From Chthoniobacterales bacterium (GTDB lineage: Bacteria > Verrucomicrobiota > Verrucomicrobiia > Chthoniobacterales > DYNR01), in contig JAOAAX010000002.1 of NCBI GenBank assembly GCA_026418675.1, positions 76,719 through 140,718 of the forward strand: 64,000 nucleotides of DNA. Direction: 5' to 3'. Both the position numbers and the translations under genes were made by a program. The notes under the pieces are model-generated. The model was not told the origin of the DNA and searched no databases. It worked only from the letters and a program-made list of their open reading frames with translations. Positions 40,408-51,235 of this stretch are shown in pieces. Positions within the stretch are counted from its first letter, which is position 1. Each line of letters starts with the position of its first letter.

Positions 40408-42102
40408 TTAAACAGCTTGCGATTGGCGTATCGCAACGATTTGTAACTGGATGCCATCCTTACCGTAATGTTCATTTCGCGTTGCACGAAATGCTACATC
40501 CCAAGGTTGGGGTGGGAGGGGATAATCTGCAGCGTCGAAATAAATTGCAGGAAGCCTCCGCTTCCCGGCAGGAAAGTCTAACCTAACGTGTCGCTCTCTT
40601 ACAACACGTGGTTCTCCTCCGGGCCTTACCCGACGAGCAAGAAAAATTGGCTGCTCGTTTCCTATCCCAAACGGTTCAAGCTGTTCCTGTTCTATGAGGA
40701 ACTCCTCTCCTACTTCCTCAAGTGAAACTTCATGGTCAATGTTAATCTGAGAAACAGGCGGCGATCCTTGCAAAATGAGCCTCGTCACCCTTTCAAACTC
40801 CTCGCGGAATAGCGAAAAATTCTTCTTCTGCAAAGTTAATCCCACTGCCAATTCATGTCCCCCCCATTGTTCCAGATACCGGGAACATTTTCTTAAAGCT
40901 TCCACCAGAGAGAAACCCTGAATACTCCGTCCGCTTCCCTTGCCTTGCCCCCCCCCGTTAAAACCAACAAGCAATGTCGGCCGGTTATAGCGCCTGGTCA
41001 ACCGTGATGCCACGATTCCTAGCACCCCATCGTGCCAGTCATCATCTCCAGCAACAATCGTATTATGGTTCTCGGGGTCGAAATAATTTTGCAACCAGCG
41101 TTCTGCTTCCTTAGTAACTTCTCGCTCGATGTTTTGGCGCGTCCGATTGCAACTATCCAATTCTTTCGCTAGGCGAATTCCTTCGACAGGATCATTTGTT
41201 AAAAGCAAGTCTAATGCAGTTCTTGCGTCTCCCATCCTCCCTGCAGAATTGATTCGCGGTCCTAGCTTGAACCCAACGTCCGAAGTTTGAATCGGTGGCC
41301 GAATACATGCCAACTGAATTAACGCTGCCAAACCCGGCCATCGCGTTCGTTCCATCTGCCGCAACCCGTATTTCACAAACGTCCGATTCTCTCCAACAAG
41401 AGGAACGAGATCTGTTAGAGTAGCAAGTGCTGTTAAATCCAACATGTCCCTCAGATCAAAATCCGCTAACGGATTTCTTTTCAGTAACGCATGCGCAACC
41501 TTAAATCCTATTCCGGCACTACACAGATAATCAAAATCTCCACGAACTTTCGGATTGACCAGCGCACAACAGGCCGGCCGTTGCCCCACAAATTCGTGAT
41601 GGTCCAATATAATTACATCCGCTCCAAGCGATCGCAACTTCGCCACTCCCTCTATTGAATTCGTTCCGCAATCTACGGTAACCACCAACTGCGGCTGAAA
41701 AGCTGAAAAACACCTTTCAATCGCAGAGAGACTCAATCCATACCCTTCCTCAAATCGGTTGGGAACAAAGCACTGAACCTTTGCGCCATAGGCAAGCAGC
41801 ACCCGAGCCACAATTGCCGCTGCCGTTATCCCATCCACATCGTAATCGCAGTAAATTAAAATTCTCTCGCGGTGGCGAAGAGCTGCGTCCAAACGATCCA
41901 CTGCCAAATCCATCTCTGGCAGCAAAAAAGGATCCGAAATCGTCGAAAGCTTGGGACGAAGAAAATGCTGAACTTCTGCACTTGAAGTCAGCCCATTCCT
42001 CAAAAGAACCCGCGATGTCAACAAGGGTAAACCAAGTTCTCTTGCAAGAACTGCCGCGGCTCGATTTACCTCAACCGCAGGCAAGTTCCATCTCTGCTCC
42101 AT
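40408..42102 (-). CDS. recJ: single-stranded-DNA-specific exonuclease RecJ
   Basis: DHH-family motifs (IYCDYDVDGITAA, TVDCGT, IILDHHE) and a DHHA1 region (GGHELAVG). Confidence 0.92.
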   Translation of the reverse strand: MEQRWNLPAVEVNRAAAVLARELGLPLLTSRVLLRNGLTSSAEVQHFLRPKLSTISDPFLLPEMDLAVDRLDAALRHRERILIYCDYDVDGITAAAIVARVLLAYGAKVQCFVPNRFEEGYGLSLSAIERCFSAFQPQLVVTVDCGTNSIEGVAKLRSLGADVIILDHHEFVGQRPACCALVNPKVRGDFDYLCSAGIGFKVAHALLKRNPLADFDLRDMLDLTALATLTDLVPLVGENRTFVKYGLRQMERTRWPGLAALIQLACIRPPIQTSDVGFKLGPRINSAGRMGDARTALDLLLTNDPVEGIRLAKELDSCNRTRQNIEREVTKEAERWLQNYFDPENHNTIVAGDDDWHDGVLGIVASRLTRRYNRPTLLVGFNGGGQGKGSGRSIQGFSLVEALRKCSRYLEQWGGHELAVGLTLQKKNFSLFREEFERVTRLILQGSPPVSQINIDHEVSLEEVGEEFLIEQEQLEPFGIGNEQPIFLARRVRPGGEPRVVRERHVRLDFPAGKRRLPAIYFDAADYPLPPQPWDVAFRATRNEHYGKDGIQLQIVAIRQSQAV

Positions 42103-42157
42103 AACAAACTTGTAACATATTCCACCTTTTCCTGCAACTTGCCTCTCCTGTCAAAAC

Positions 42158-43360
42158 TCACCCGGCAGAGTTTTTCATCTTCTTTCTTTCCAATTCCCCT
42201 TCAATCCAACCCTCTAGAAACTTCTCCCGAAACAAATGGAAAACTCCCTTGAGAATTGCGCCACGGATTTCGGCCATAAGCTTCGTATAGAAGTGCAAAT
42301 TATGCAGAGTCAAAAGCCGCATCCCTAATATTTCGCCAGAAACAAGCAAATGCCGAATGTAAGCACGTGAAAACTTTCGGCATGCAGGACAACTGCACCC
42401 CCGTTCAATTGGCTCCTTATCCCGGGCATAGCATGAGTTCCGGAGATTCATCTTCCCCGTAGAACAATAAGCAGTTCCATGCCGAGCCATTCGAGTCGGC
42501 AAAACGCAGTCGAACATATCTACCCCGCGTGCAACCATCTCAACAATTTGGTTCGGCTCCCCAATCCCCATCGCATACCGCGGTTTCTTTGTGGGCAAAA
42601 ATCCCATGCTAGCTTCGATGGCAACCATCATCTCCCCCTCCGGTTCCCCAACACTCACGCCCCCAATTGCATACCCATCAAATCCCATTTCGACTAACGC
42701 CAACGCACAGTCCCGCCGCAGCTTTTCATGAGTCCCTCCTTGCACAATGCCGAATAATAAGCGGTCCGTCCTTTCCTCGCGGCCAGCCCACCAAGCCAAT
42801 CCGCGCTCCGCCCATCGCACGGTTCTTCTTACCGCTTCCTCTAAATCAACCTCCGAACATCCATAGGGCGGACATTCATCAAATGCCATAACCACATCCG
42901 CTCCTAGTTTTTGCTGGATTTCCATCGAGGATTCAGGAGTCAATACGGTAGGTGAACCGTCTAGGTGATTTTGAAAAAAGACCCCTTCCTCTGTGATCTT
43001 GCGCAACTTTGCCAAAGAAAAAACTTGATACCCTCCGCTATCTGTCAAAATCGGACCATCCCATCCTATAAACGCATGCAATCCGCCAAAATCAGCTACT
43101 AATTCTTCCCCAGGCCGCAAGTGAAGGTGGTAGGTATTGCAAAGTAAAATCTGCACACCGAGTGCAACTAGCTCTTCTGGGGCAACAGCTTTTACACTCC
43201 CCTGAGTCCCCACAGGCATAAATACCGGTGTTAGAACTCTACCGTGCGAGGTCTCGAGAATTCCTGCCCTTGCGTCTGTTACTGGGCACATCTTAGCGAC
43301 GCAAAATCTACCTTTTCCCATGGGGATACCCACCGTGTCATTCACCAAACACATACCCAT
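42158..43360 (-). CDS. tgt: queuine tRNA-ribosyltransferase
   Basis: TPVFMPVGTQGSVK, LTDSGGYQVFSL and the zinc site CSCPACRKFSRAYIRHL. The real start is probably the Met at 43321 (MGKGRF...) rather than 43360. Confidence 0.92.
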   Translation of the reverse strand: MGMCLVNDTVGIPMGKGRFCVAKMCPVTDARAGILETSHGRVLTPVFMPVGTQGSVKAVAPEELVALGVQILLCNTYHLHLRPGEELVADFGGLHAFIGWDGPILTDSGGYQVFSLAKLRKITEEGVFFQNHLDGSPTVLTPESSMEIQQKLGADVVMAFDECPPYGCSEVDLEEAVRRTVRWAERGLAWWAGREERTDRLLFGIVQGGTHEKLRRDCALALVEMGFDGYAIGGVSVGEPEGEMMVAIEASMGFLPTKKPRYAMGIGEPNQIVEMVARGVDMFDCVLPTRMARHGTAYCSTGKMNLRNSCYARDKEPIERGCSCPACRKFSRAYIRHLLVSGEILGMRLLTLHNLHFYTKLMAEIRGAILKGVFHLFREKFLEGWIEGELERKKMKNSAG

Positions 43361-43581
43361 CTCTTTTTTTCAGCAATTACCCAAAATGGCGAATCCAAAT
43401 TCCCAGGCTAGGCGGAAAACATTCTCCCCGATCCTGCTTCTTCCCACTTGCCCTCCGCAACAATTCTCGACAGAATACTCCAATCCAATCAACCTTCCAT
43501 GTTTAATCCTTTGCCCCCTAAACCTTAAGTCAAAATTGAGGATAATTTAATCTAATTTAAATACAACCAAACTTCCTTACC

Positions 43582-45564
43582 ATGTCTCTAAATCTCTCCG
43601 CCCTCGAAATTGCTTGCCGCGATGCTCGCGGCTTGGCGCTCGACGCCGTTAGTGCAGCGAAATCCGGCCACCTCGGCCTTCCTCTCGGAGCAACCGAAAT
43701 CGGTGCCGTCCTCTTTGGGCACGCCCTCCAATACAATCCCTCACAACCCCGCTGGCTCAACCGTGACCGTTTTATCCTTTCCGCTGGTCATGGAAGTATG
43801 TTTCTCTATGCCTGGCTCCACCTCGCTGGATTTGACCTTCCGCTCGAGCAAATCAAAAATTTTCGTCAACTTCATAGCCACACACCGGGGCATCCTGAAT
43901 TTCGTGAAGCTCCAGGCGTCGAGGCTACCACAGGTCCACTTGGGCAAGGGGTTGCAAACGCTGTTGGTTTTGCCATCTCCGCCAAAATGGCAATGGCAAA
44001 ATTCAATACAGCCGAGCACAGAATTCTGGATTACCATATCGTTTGCCTTGCAGGTGATGGTTGTCTTCAGGAAGGTATTGCAAGTGAGGCATGCTCTCTC
44101 GCTGGTCATTTAGGTCTGGATAACCTTATCCTCATTTATGACTCCAACGACGTTACACTCGACGCTCACGCTTCCATGACTCAGAGCGAAAATACCGCTC
44201 TACGCTTCGAGGCTTACGGATGGGACGTCCAGCAAATTGATGGGCACAACATGCAGCAAATTTTGGAAGCTTACGAAAAAGCCAAAGCTGCAACTGGAAA
44301 ACCGCAACTCATCATAGCCAAGACAATTATCGGAAAAGGGATTCCCGAAGTCGCTGGCACAAACAAAGCTCATGGTGAAGCGGGAGTTAAATTTGCTGAG
44401 GCAGCACGTCGAGGGCTCGGATTGCCAGAGGAGAAATTTTTCGTTTCACCGGAATCCCGTGCTTACTTTGCCCAGCACCGGAAAAAACTCGAAGAGACAT
44501 ACAACCTTTGGTGTCAGAAATTTGAATCTTGGAAAAATGCCAATCCAGAGCTTTCTGCGCTACTTGAACGCGCTCTCAGTGGTCAAGTTGCTGATTTCTT
44601 GCCCTTAATTCCTGAATTCGATCCCACTGTAAACATTGCAACTCGCAAGGCTGGTTCCGACGTCCTCCAGCCAATCGCAAAAGCTGATCCTTTGGTCATT
44701 AGTGGCAGTGCCGATCTCCACGGCTCCACTCTCAACTACATTCAGGGTGGCGGCAACTTCACCCGCGAAAATCCTTCCGGTAGAAATATTTACTTTGGAA
44801 TCCGCGAACATGCTATGTGCGGAATCCTCAACGGATTTGCTTACGATGGCATATTCCGCGCCAGTGGTGCAACGTTCCTCACATTCAGTGATTATGGCCG
44901 TCCCTCTATTCGTGTCGCTGCACTCTCAAAATTGCCGGTGGTTTATATCTTCACTCACGATAGCGTTGGTGTTGGCGAAGACGGCCCAACTCACCAACCC
45001 GTTGAAACCATAGCATCCCTCCGAGCTATCCCGAACCTTGACGTTTTCCGCCCTGCAGATCCAGAGGAAACCGCGGCAGCTTTTGCCGCTGCCTTCCAGC
45101 GGAATGATGGTCCAACCGCTATTTGCCTAACACGGCAGGTCGTCCCAATCCTTAATCAGATTCCTGCTTCTGTTCGCAGACAGGGAACTATTCGTGGTGG
45201 TTATACAGCCAAAAAAGAAAAAGGACCACTTGCTCTTATTCTGATTGCCACAGGTTCAGAGCTTCACCTGGCTCTTCAAGCTGCCGAACAGCTTGGCGAC
45301 TCTGTCCGCGTCGTATCACTACCCTGCTTCGAGCGTTTCCTCCGCCAGTCAGAATCCTACCGCGAAGGGGTGCTTCCTTCCTCTTGCACGGCGAGAGTTT
45401 CAATTGAAGCCGGTATCACAGACTGCTGGTATCGTTTTGTCGGCAACCGCGGAACTGCTCTCGGTATTGATCGCTTCGGTCTCAGTGCTCCGGGTTCCAC
45501 TGTCATGCGTGAGCTGGGTATGACTGTCGAGAAAATCGTTGAAGCTGCGAAACATGTCTTTTGA
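43582..45564 (+). CDS. tkt: transketolase
   Basis: [14 protein letters not shown], the TPP motif [16 protein letters not shown] and [18 protein letters not shown]. Confidence 0.95.
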   Translation: MSLNLSALEIACRDARGLALDAVSAAKSGHLGLPLGATEIGAVLFGHALQYNPSQPRWLNRDRFILSAGHGSMFLYAWLHLAGFDLPLEQIKNFRQLHSHTPGHPEFREAPGVEATTGPLGQGVANAVGFAISAKMAMAKFNTAEHRILDYHIVCLAGDGCLQEGIASEACSLAGHLGLDNLILIYDSNDVTLDAHASMTQSENTALRFEAYGWDVQQIDGHNMQQILEAYEKAKAATGKPQLIIAKTIIGKGIPEVAGTNKAHGEAGVKFAEAARRGLGLPEEKFFVSPESRAYFAQHRKKLEETYNLWCQKFESWKNANPELSALLERALSGQVADFLPLIPEFDPTVNIATRKAGSDVLQPIAKADPLVISGSADLHGSTLNYIQGGGNFTRENPSGRNIYFGIREHAMCGILNGFAYDGIFRASGATFLTFSDYGRPSIRVAALSKLPVVYIFTHDSVGVGEDGPTHQPVETIASLRAIPNLDVFRPADPEETAAAFAAAFQRNDGPTAICLTRQVVPILNQIPASVRRQGTIRGGYTAKKEKGPLALILIATGSELHLALQAAEQLGDSVRVVSLPCFERFLRQSESYREGVLPSSCTARVSIEAGITDCWYRFVGNRGTALGIDRFGLSAPGSTVMRELGMTVEKIVEAAKHVF

Positions 45565-45739
45565 AGACATGGATTGCGAGTTTGATACTTGATACTACAG
45601 AGAGAGACTTCCTAACCTGATTATCCACTTTGGGGGAATTAAGGGCTCCAACCATTATCACTCTTTTCCTTAGCCAGGGTATGAATTTTCCTTTCCCTCG
45701 CGCTTCCCTTCCTTGCGACGAATTTTTTCAAAATAGCTA

Positions 45740-46870
45740 ATGGCAAGGGATATTTCTGTCATTTTACCAACATATCGGGAATGTGAAAACTTGGAGCCTG
45801 TTGTCTCTCGCCTGGAAAAAGTCCTCGAAGGTTGGGATTGGGAAGCTGTTTTCGTTGACGATGATTCCGACGATGGTTCGCGCGAGGTTCTGCTTCGCTT
45901 AGCCCGCCAGAACCCTAGAGTCCGTTTTCTAAGGCGTGTTGGTAGGCGCGGGCTCGCTTCCGCTTGTATCGAGGGAATGTGTTCTTCCGCTGCGAACATC
46001 TTCGCCGTTATGGATGCCGATCTCCAGCACGATGAATCCCTTCTTCCCGAGATGGCTCGAATTCTCTCTAGGGAAAAAGACGTAGATATCGTTGTTGCAA
46101 CTCGCTACGCCGCAGGTGGCAGCATCGGAGATTGGAGCCGCTCCCGGCATTTCGTTAGCCGCTTCGCGACGAAGCTCGAAAAGAAGTTTCTGCGCACAGA
46201 ACTTTCCGATCCCATGAGCGGATTCTTTGCGATAAAGCGAGAAGTATTAGATAAATGCATCCATAAATTAGCTGGCAAAGGTTTCAAAATTCTCCTCGAT
46301 ATTGTTCTTTCGCTTCCGGAGCGCCCTCGCATCCGAGAGCTTCCCTACACGTTTCGTCCACGCTTGCACGGACAGAGCAAGCTCGATTTTATCGTCGCCC
46401 TCGAATACCTCTACCTGATAGCTGATAAACTTTTTGGGGGGTTCCTCCCTGTTCGTTTTATTCTTTACGGTCTTGTTGGCTTAAGTGGGCTTTTCCTGCA
46501 CTTATTAGTCCTTGGTCTGGCTTACCGAGAGTTCGGTCTTGATTTTTTTCTCTCCCAGTCCCTTGCCACTTTGCTGGCAATGATTTCGAATTTTTTTTTC
46601 AACAATATTTTTACATTTCGCAACCAGCGCCTGAAAGGCTCTGCTTTCCTGATTGGGGCCTTCCTCTACATGTTGATTTGTTCCGTCGGTGCGATCGCTA
46701 ACATCCAAGTTGCAGATTACCTGTTTAGTCTGAAGGTGCCGTGGTGGGTAAGTGGGGCTGTGGGAGCATTAGTGGGAGCTGTCTGGAATTACGCCGTTTC
46801 CACTCAAATCGTCTGGACATGGTTCCGCGATAAATTCGTTTCCTCAAAAAAACGTATCAGTTTATCCTAA
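45740..46870 (+). CDS. GT2 polyprenol-phosphate glycosyltransferase fused to a GtrA-like 4-TM C-terminal domain
   Basis: ISVILPTYRECENL...VFVDDDSDDGS...VMDADLQHD (DPM1/ArnC-like), followed by a C-terminal GtrA-like segment (NFFFNNIFTFRN...WNYAVSTQIVW). Confidence 0.8.
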   Translation: MARDISVILPTYRECENLEPVVSRLEKVLEGWDWEAVFVDDDSDDGSREVLLRLARQNPRVRFLRRVGRRGLASACIEGMCSSAANIFAVMDADLQHDESLLPEMARILSREKDVDIVVATRYAAGGSIGDWSRSRHFVSRFATKLEKKFLRTELSDPMSGFFAIKREVLDKCIHKLAGKGFKILLDIVLSLPERPRIRELPYTFRPRLHGQSKLDFIVALEYLYLIADKLFGGFLPVRFILYGLVGLSGLFLHLLVLGLAYREFGLDFFLSQSLATLLAMISNFFFNNIFTFRNQRLKGSAFLIGAFLYMLICSVGAIANIQVADYLFSLKVPWWVSGAVGALVGAVWNYAVSTQIVWTWFRDKFVSSKKRISLS

Positions 46871-46900
46871 ATAGAAGCGAAGCCTCAAGGTGACTTCTGA

Positions 46901-48007
46901 ATGAAAATTGCTTTCCTTTCGAGCTTTGCTCACCTCGCTTTGGATGAGAAAGAGGAGCGCGTTTCTGGTGGAGCCGAGTTGCAGATTGCTTTGCTTGCAC
47001 GTGAAATTGCCAACCGTGCCATTCCTACTGTTTTACTTTCCGGAAATACTGGACAGGCTGACAACTTTTCTTTGGCCGGTGTTCGCATCCGCAACGCGGG
47101 AAATTTCCATACCGGCCATTTCTTTCAAATGCTTTCTGCTGCACCTCGCCTTTTCACTCTATTGAAGGAGGAGAAACCGGACTGGGTTTGTGTCCTCGGA
47201 TGGACAGCATGGCTATTCTACTTATGGTTCCTGCGCAAATTTCTTGGTTTTCGGTTGGCATTTATTTGCGGCCTCGATACGGAAGTTAATGGTGAATTTC
47301 GACGAGAAAATCCCCTGAGAGGGACGCTCTTTGAGTTTGCTATGCGCAATGCGGATGCCCGCTTCGCAATGACCTTGCACCAGCAGCAGCTTTTTCATGC
47401 TCGGCGGATGTCCTGTGGCTTTTATCGCAACCTCATTCTTCCTCGCAAAAAGCCGCTCGTATCGGAAAAGAAGGTAGATTTTTTGTGGGTTGCTCGCTGC
47501 AGAAAAATTAAGAATCCCACCCTCTTTGTTCGCCTTGCGGAAGTCATTCCTGAGGCGAGTTTTTGGATGATATGTCCTCCGGAAGATCGTTTACTTTTTG
47601 AGAAAGTCCAGCAAGCTGCTTCCGCACTGCCAAATTTAACCCTTTGGCAAAGCGTTCCCTACCACCAAATCCAAGACTATTACGATGCTGCACGTATTTT
47701 CGTGAATACCTCAGAATGGGAGGGCTGGCCCAATAGCTTTATCCAGGCGGGGCTTGGGCGCGCTGCAATCCTCTCATGGAAAGTGAAGCCAGACATGCTT
47801 TTCATTGATTTCTCATTAGGATTTTGTGCAGAAGGCAATTGGAGCCGTTTCCTTTTCCATGCTAACTCCCTTTTCCAAAATCCTCAGCTTACGGAGAAAT
47901 GTGGACGAGAGGCAGAACGTTTTGTCATCGAGCTCCATGACAACAAGCGAGAAACCGATTCTTTTCTCAAAGGATTGGAGACTTTTTGGTCGAAAAATAC
48001 AGAATAA
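46901..48007 (+). CDS. GT-B fold (GT4-like) glycosyltransferase, putative
   Basis: The C-terminal half has ARIFVNTSEWEGWPNSFIQAGLGRAAILS, resembling the E-x7-E region of group-1 glycosyltransferases. The N-terminal half is weakly informative. Confidence 0.55.
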   Translation: MKIAFLSSFAHLALDEKEERVSGGAELQIALLAREIANRAIPTVLLSGNTGQADNFSLAGVRIRNAGNFHTGHFFQMLSAAPRLFTLLKEEKPDWVCVLGWTAWLFYLWFLRKFLGFRLAFICGLDTEVNGEFRRENPLRGTLFEFAMRNADARFAMTLHQQQLFHARRMSCGFYRNLILPRKKPLVSEKKVDFLWVARCRKIKNPTLFVRLAEVIPEASFWMICPPEDRLLFEKVQQAASALPNLTLWQSVPYHQIQDYYDAARIFVNTSEWEGWPNSFIQAGLGRAAILSWKVKPDMLFIDFSLGFCAEGNWSRFLFHANSLFQNPQLTEKCGREAERFVIELHDNKRETDSFLKGLETFWSKNTE

Positions 48008-48100
48008 ATTCTATTCAATAAGCCAAAACATAGCCGATGTTCGATTGACCTTTCGCTCTACCAGCAGCAGAATCAAAAAGGAAACACTCTTCGTTTTTTT

Positions 48101-48931
48101 GTGAAAGAAGCTTCAAAAAAGGCCGCAAATTCCCAATCCCAAAAACCGAATGAGTCCCCTGTAAATTTGGACGAGTCCCTACTTTTAGCTGGAGGAATTT
48201 TTTGGCACGAAAATAAACAGAAAATTCTCATTGCTTCCGCAGTTCTGACTCTAATTGCTTGTGGTTACCTTGCATGGAGCTATTGGCAAAACTACTATCG
48301 CCAAAAGGCAGCACAGGCTTTCGCCATGGCACTAACGCCACAGGATTATGCGCAGGTTGCTCAGAAGTTTGCTAACACACCGGTGTCTGTTGCCAGCCAA
48401 CTGCTCCTTGCAGCGGACCTTCGCAATGCTGGCCAAATAACTGACTCAGACTCAATTTATGAAAAAGCGTTGTCAGGGAACGATAAAACAGGGCTTTCCT
48501 CCGCTGCCTCATTAGGTTTGGCTTTTAACCAGCATCTAAAAAGTAAGGGGTCTCCCGAGAAAACTTCCATCGAGGCTTTTCAATACGCTGCCGCTCGATT
48601 CCCGCAAAGCTATATTGTGCCATTTGCGCTCTTCAATCAAGCCGAGCTCCTTCTCCGGGCAAATAAACCTGATCAATCGGCACAAATTTTGCGTGCTATT
48701 CTTGCCGACTATCCTCGTTCACTCACTGCCAGACTGGCTTCAAGCGAGCTGCAACGCATTAACCAAATGCAAAATACCTTCCCTGCTTCAGACCAGGAGG
48801 GTCAGAAACAGCAAGAGCAGCAAGCAGTGCAAACTTCAGGCGGTGCTCTTCCGCAGACGCCAACGGGGGAATCTACCAATTTGCAAAATCAGAATCCGAC
48901 TTCGGGTAACAGCTCCCAGGTAACGCAATAA
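48101..48931 (+). CDS. membrane-anchored TPR-like (YfgM-like) hypothetical protein
   Basis: Single TM segment (ILIASAVLTLIACGYLAW), a helical-repeat periplasmic part and a Q-rich tail. GTG start. The family assignment is tentative. Confidence 0.45.
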   Translation: MKEASKKAANSQSQKPNESPVNLDESLLLAGGIFWHENKQKILIASAVLTLIACGYLAWSYWQNYYRQKAAQAFAMALTPQDYAQVAQKFANTPVSVASQLLLAADLRNAGQITDSDSIYEKALSGNDKTGLSSAASLGLAFNQHLKSKGSPEKTSIEAFQYAAARFPQSYIVPFALFNQAELLLRANKPDQSAQILRAILADYPRSLTARLASSELQRINQMQNTFPASDQEGQKQQEQQAVQTSGGALPQTPTGESTNLQNQNPTSGNSSQVTQ

Positions 48932-48951
48932 CCTGCAACAACCCCTTGACC

Positions 48952-49485
48952 ATGACAATTCAAGAACGCTTAGAGAAATACCTTGGCCGCCAGCCGGACA
49001 CCTCCAAAGCAGCTTTTGTAGCTCCCAATGCAACCATCCTCGGCTCTGTTACACTGGGTGAAAATGCCAGTGTTTTTTACGGAGCTATACTTCGTGGAGA
49101 TATACAAGACATCATCATCGGCAATGGAACCAATGTCCAGGATGGCACCATTATCCATCTTGCTGATGAATATCCGGCAATTATTGGTGATTATACGACT
49201 ATTGGGCATGGAGCCATGATACATGCTTGCACGATTGGAAATGAATGCCTGATCGGTATGCGCTCAACTATCCTCGACGGGGCAGTAATCGGGGATCATT
49301 GCCTCGTAGCTGCTGGAGCAGTCGTTACTCCACGCACTGTGATTCCACCCGGCTCTATGGTTATGGGGGCACCTGCTAAAGTGAAACGCCAGTTAACTGA
49401 TGAGGAAATTGCTGGCCTCCGTCCCTGGGCTGAGAAATACATTCACGTTGCAAAAGCTCACGCAGCAAAATTTGTCGTAAAATAG
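48952..49485 (+). CDS. gamma-carbonic-anhydrase-like hexapeptide-repeat protein (YrdA/PaaY family)
   Basis: FVAPNATILGSVTLGENASVFYGAILRGD...IGNGTNVQDGTIIH...GHGAMIH left-handed beta-helix repeats. An alternative TTG start lies at 48946. Confidence 0.85.
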   Translation: MTIQERLEKYLGRQPDTSKAAFVAPNATILGSVTLGENASVFYGAILRGDIQDIIIGNGTNVQDGTIIHLADEYPAIIGDYTTIGHGAMIHACTIGNECLIGMRSTILDGAVIGDHCLVAAGAVVTPRTVIPPGSMVMGAPAKVKRQLTDEEIAGLRPWAEKYIHVAKAHAAKFVVK

Positions 49486-49539
49486 CGTCGCAAAATTTAG
49501 ATTTTATAATCCAAAAAAATTTAAAACCTCCAGAACTCT

Positions 49540-50106
49540 ATGGACCCCAAAAAAATTGGTGTTGATGAATCTCAGATCAGCAAAACAACAGGAAGGATCA
49601 TTTTGCCTGAAGAGGAAGTCCAACGTTTTAGCCAGCGTTCGCAAGCGCCACGTCCTCGCCTAGCTCAGCAGGTTCCTCCTGTCCAACAACCTGCACAGGG
49701 CTTCCAAGCGCAACATGTTGCTCAGGTTGCTTCCGAGGTCTCTGAGCCATCCCTACCTGTTGTGGCTCCTCGTGCCAGCGTTACATCCCCTTTCCATCTG
49801 ATCATTATAGCTGTCCTATCCTTTCTCGTCGTTCTTCAAACCATTTGGTTACTTTGGAGTCACTCTCAAACCCATACTTCGATTCGCCAAATGCACGACC
49901 AGGTAATCAAGCTGAGTTCTGACCTTACTAGCCAGGCCGAAACAATTAAGTCCCTCAACCGCGAAATTTTGGAGATTAAAGTTCTTTTGGCTCGATCTGC
50001 AGAGGAGCAGAAAAACCAGGCTCGCGCTATGGCCGAAATTCGCTCACATCTTCAGGCGATGGATATTGAACCGGCAAGCACAACTGCGCCTGTCATGCAA
50101 CGCTGA
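49540..50106 (+). CDS. bitopic membrane protein with a coiled-coil C-terminal domain (hypothetical)
   Basis: Q/P-rich N-terminus, one TM segment (HLIIIAVLSFLVVLQTIWLLW), then heptad-like sequence. No family recognised. Confidence 0.45.
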   Translation: MDPKKIGVDESQISKTTGRIILPEEEVQRFSQRSQAPRPRLAQQVPPVQQPAQGFQAQHVAQVASEVSEPSLPVVAPRASVTSPFHLIIIAVLSFLVVLQTIWLLWSHSQTHTSIRQMHDQVIKLSSDLTSQAETIKSLNREILEIKVLLARSAEEQKNQARAMAEIRSHLQAMDIEPASTTAPVMQR

Positions 50107-50200
50107 AGCTTATTTTCATATATTTTAGTTAATTGTTTTTTCAGTATCTCAGGAAACATTTGCTTAAAATCGGTCTCTGGGTCTATTATTCCGTCACTTT

Positions 50201-51235
50201 ATGGCATCAGAAGCCGCCGCTGATTGTTCAAATCCTTTTTTGAATAAAGAAGTCTATTTACGTGCCTATCGGATCATGCTGCAGGCGCGAATTTTGGAGG
50301 AGAAACTTGCCAGCCTTTATCGTGCCGGCAGTATTCGAGGCGGAGTGTTTCTTGGCAAAGGGCAGGAAGCGTTGAGTGTTGCACTTGGTATCAACCTTCG
50401 TCGTGGCGATATCTACGCACCACTGATTCGAGATCAGGCTGGTCGAATGGCTTTCGGTGACACAGCCCTTGATACTCTGCGCACCTATTTGGGCTCTCTG
50501 CTAGGTTCTATGCGAGGGCGCGATGGGAACATTCATCGTGGAAGGCCAGCCGAGGGCTATTACCCTATGATTAGCCATCTTGGGGCGATGATTTCTGTTG
50601 TTGCTGGTGCTTTACTGGCTAGGCGTTTTCGGGGTGAAACTGGCATCGTTGGGGCCACAACGATTGGCGACGGTGGCACTTCTACCGGTGCCTTTCATGA
50701 AGGGTTAAACGTTGCGGCTGTCGAAAAATTGCCGCTTGTTTTGGTCGTTGCCAACAACCACTATGCTTACTCGACTCCCAACATGCGGCAGTTTGCGTGT
50801 CGTTCGTTGGCTGATCGTGCTGCTGGATATGGTGTTGCGGTTCGTGAAGTTAACGGGACTTCTCTTGATGATTGCTTACATGCCATCGGAGCAGCGGTTG
50901 GCGATGCCCGCGCTGGAAAAGGCCCACAGATGATTGTCGGCGAGCTTCTCCGATTGGTTGGTCACGGTGAGCATGATGATTTTTCCTATTTGGATGAAAA
51001 ACTCAAAAAAAGTTCCTTAGGCCGTGATTGCTTGGCAATAGCCGAGGAACGAGTGATTAGTCGAGGTTGGGCAACGAAGGACGAATGCCAACAGTGGCGA
51101 AAAGAGTTTGCTTTGGAAGTGGATGAATTAGCTGGCAAGGTTCTTCGCGAGCCTCAACCTGATCCAATAGTGGAAGATTGGTGTGCGCTATCTGATAAGC
51201 GTTTCCTCGATTCTCCACATTGTTATAAGCGATGA
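50201..51235 (+). CDS. 2-oxoacid dehydrogenase E1 component, alpha subunit (TPP-dependent)
   Basis: TPP-binding region IGDGGTSTGAFHEGLNVAAVEKLPLVLVVANNHYA. Confidence 0.88.
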   Translation: MASEAAADCSNPFLNKEVYLRAYRIMLQARILEEKLASLYRAGSIRGGVFLGKGQEALSVALGINLRRGDIYAPLIRDQAGRMAFGDTALDTLRTYLGSLLGSMRGRDGNIHRGRPAEGYYPMISHLGAMISVVAGALLARRFRGETGIVGATTIGDGGTSTGAFHEGLNVAAVEKLPLVLVVANNHYAYSTPNMRQFACRSLADRAAGYGVAVREVNGTSLDDCLHAIGAAVGDARAGKGPQMIVGELLRLVGHGEHDDFSYLDEKLKKSSLGRDCLAIAEERVISRGWATKDECQQWRKEFALEVDELAGKVLREPQPDPIVEDWCALSDKRFLDSPHCYKR

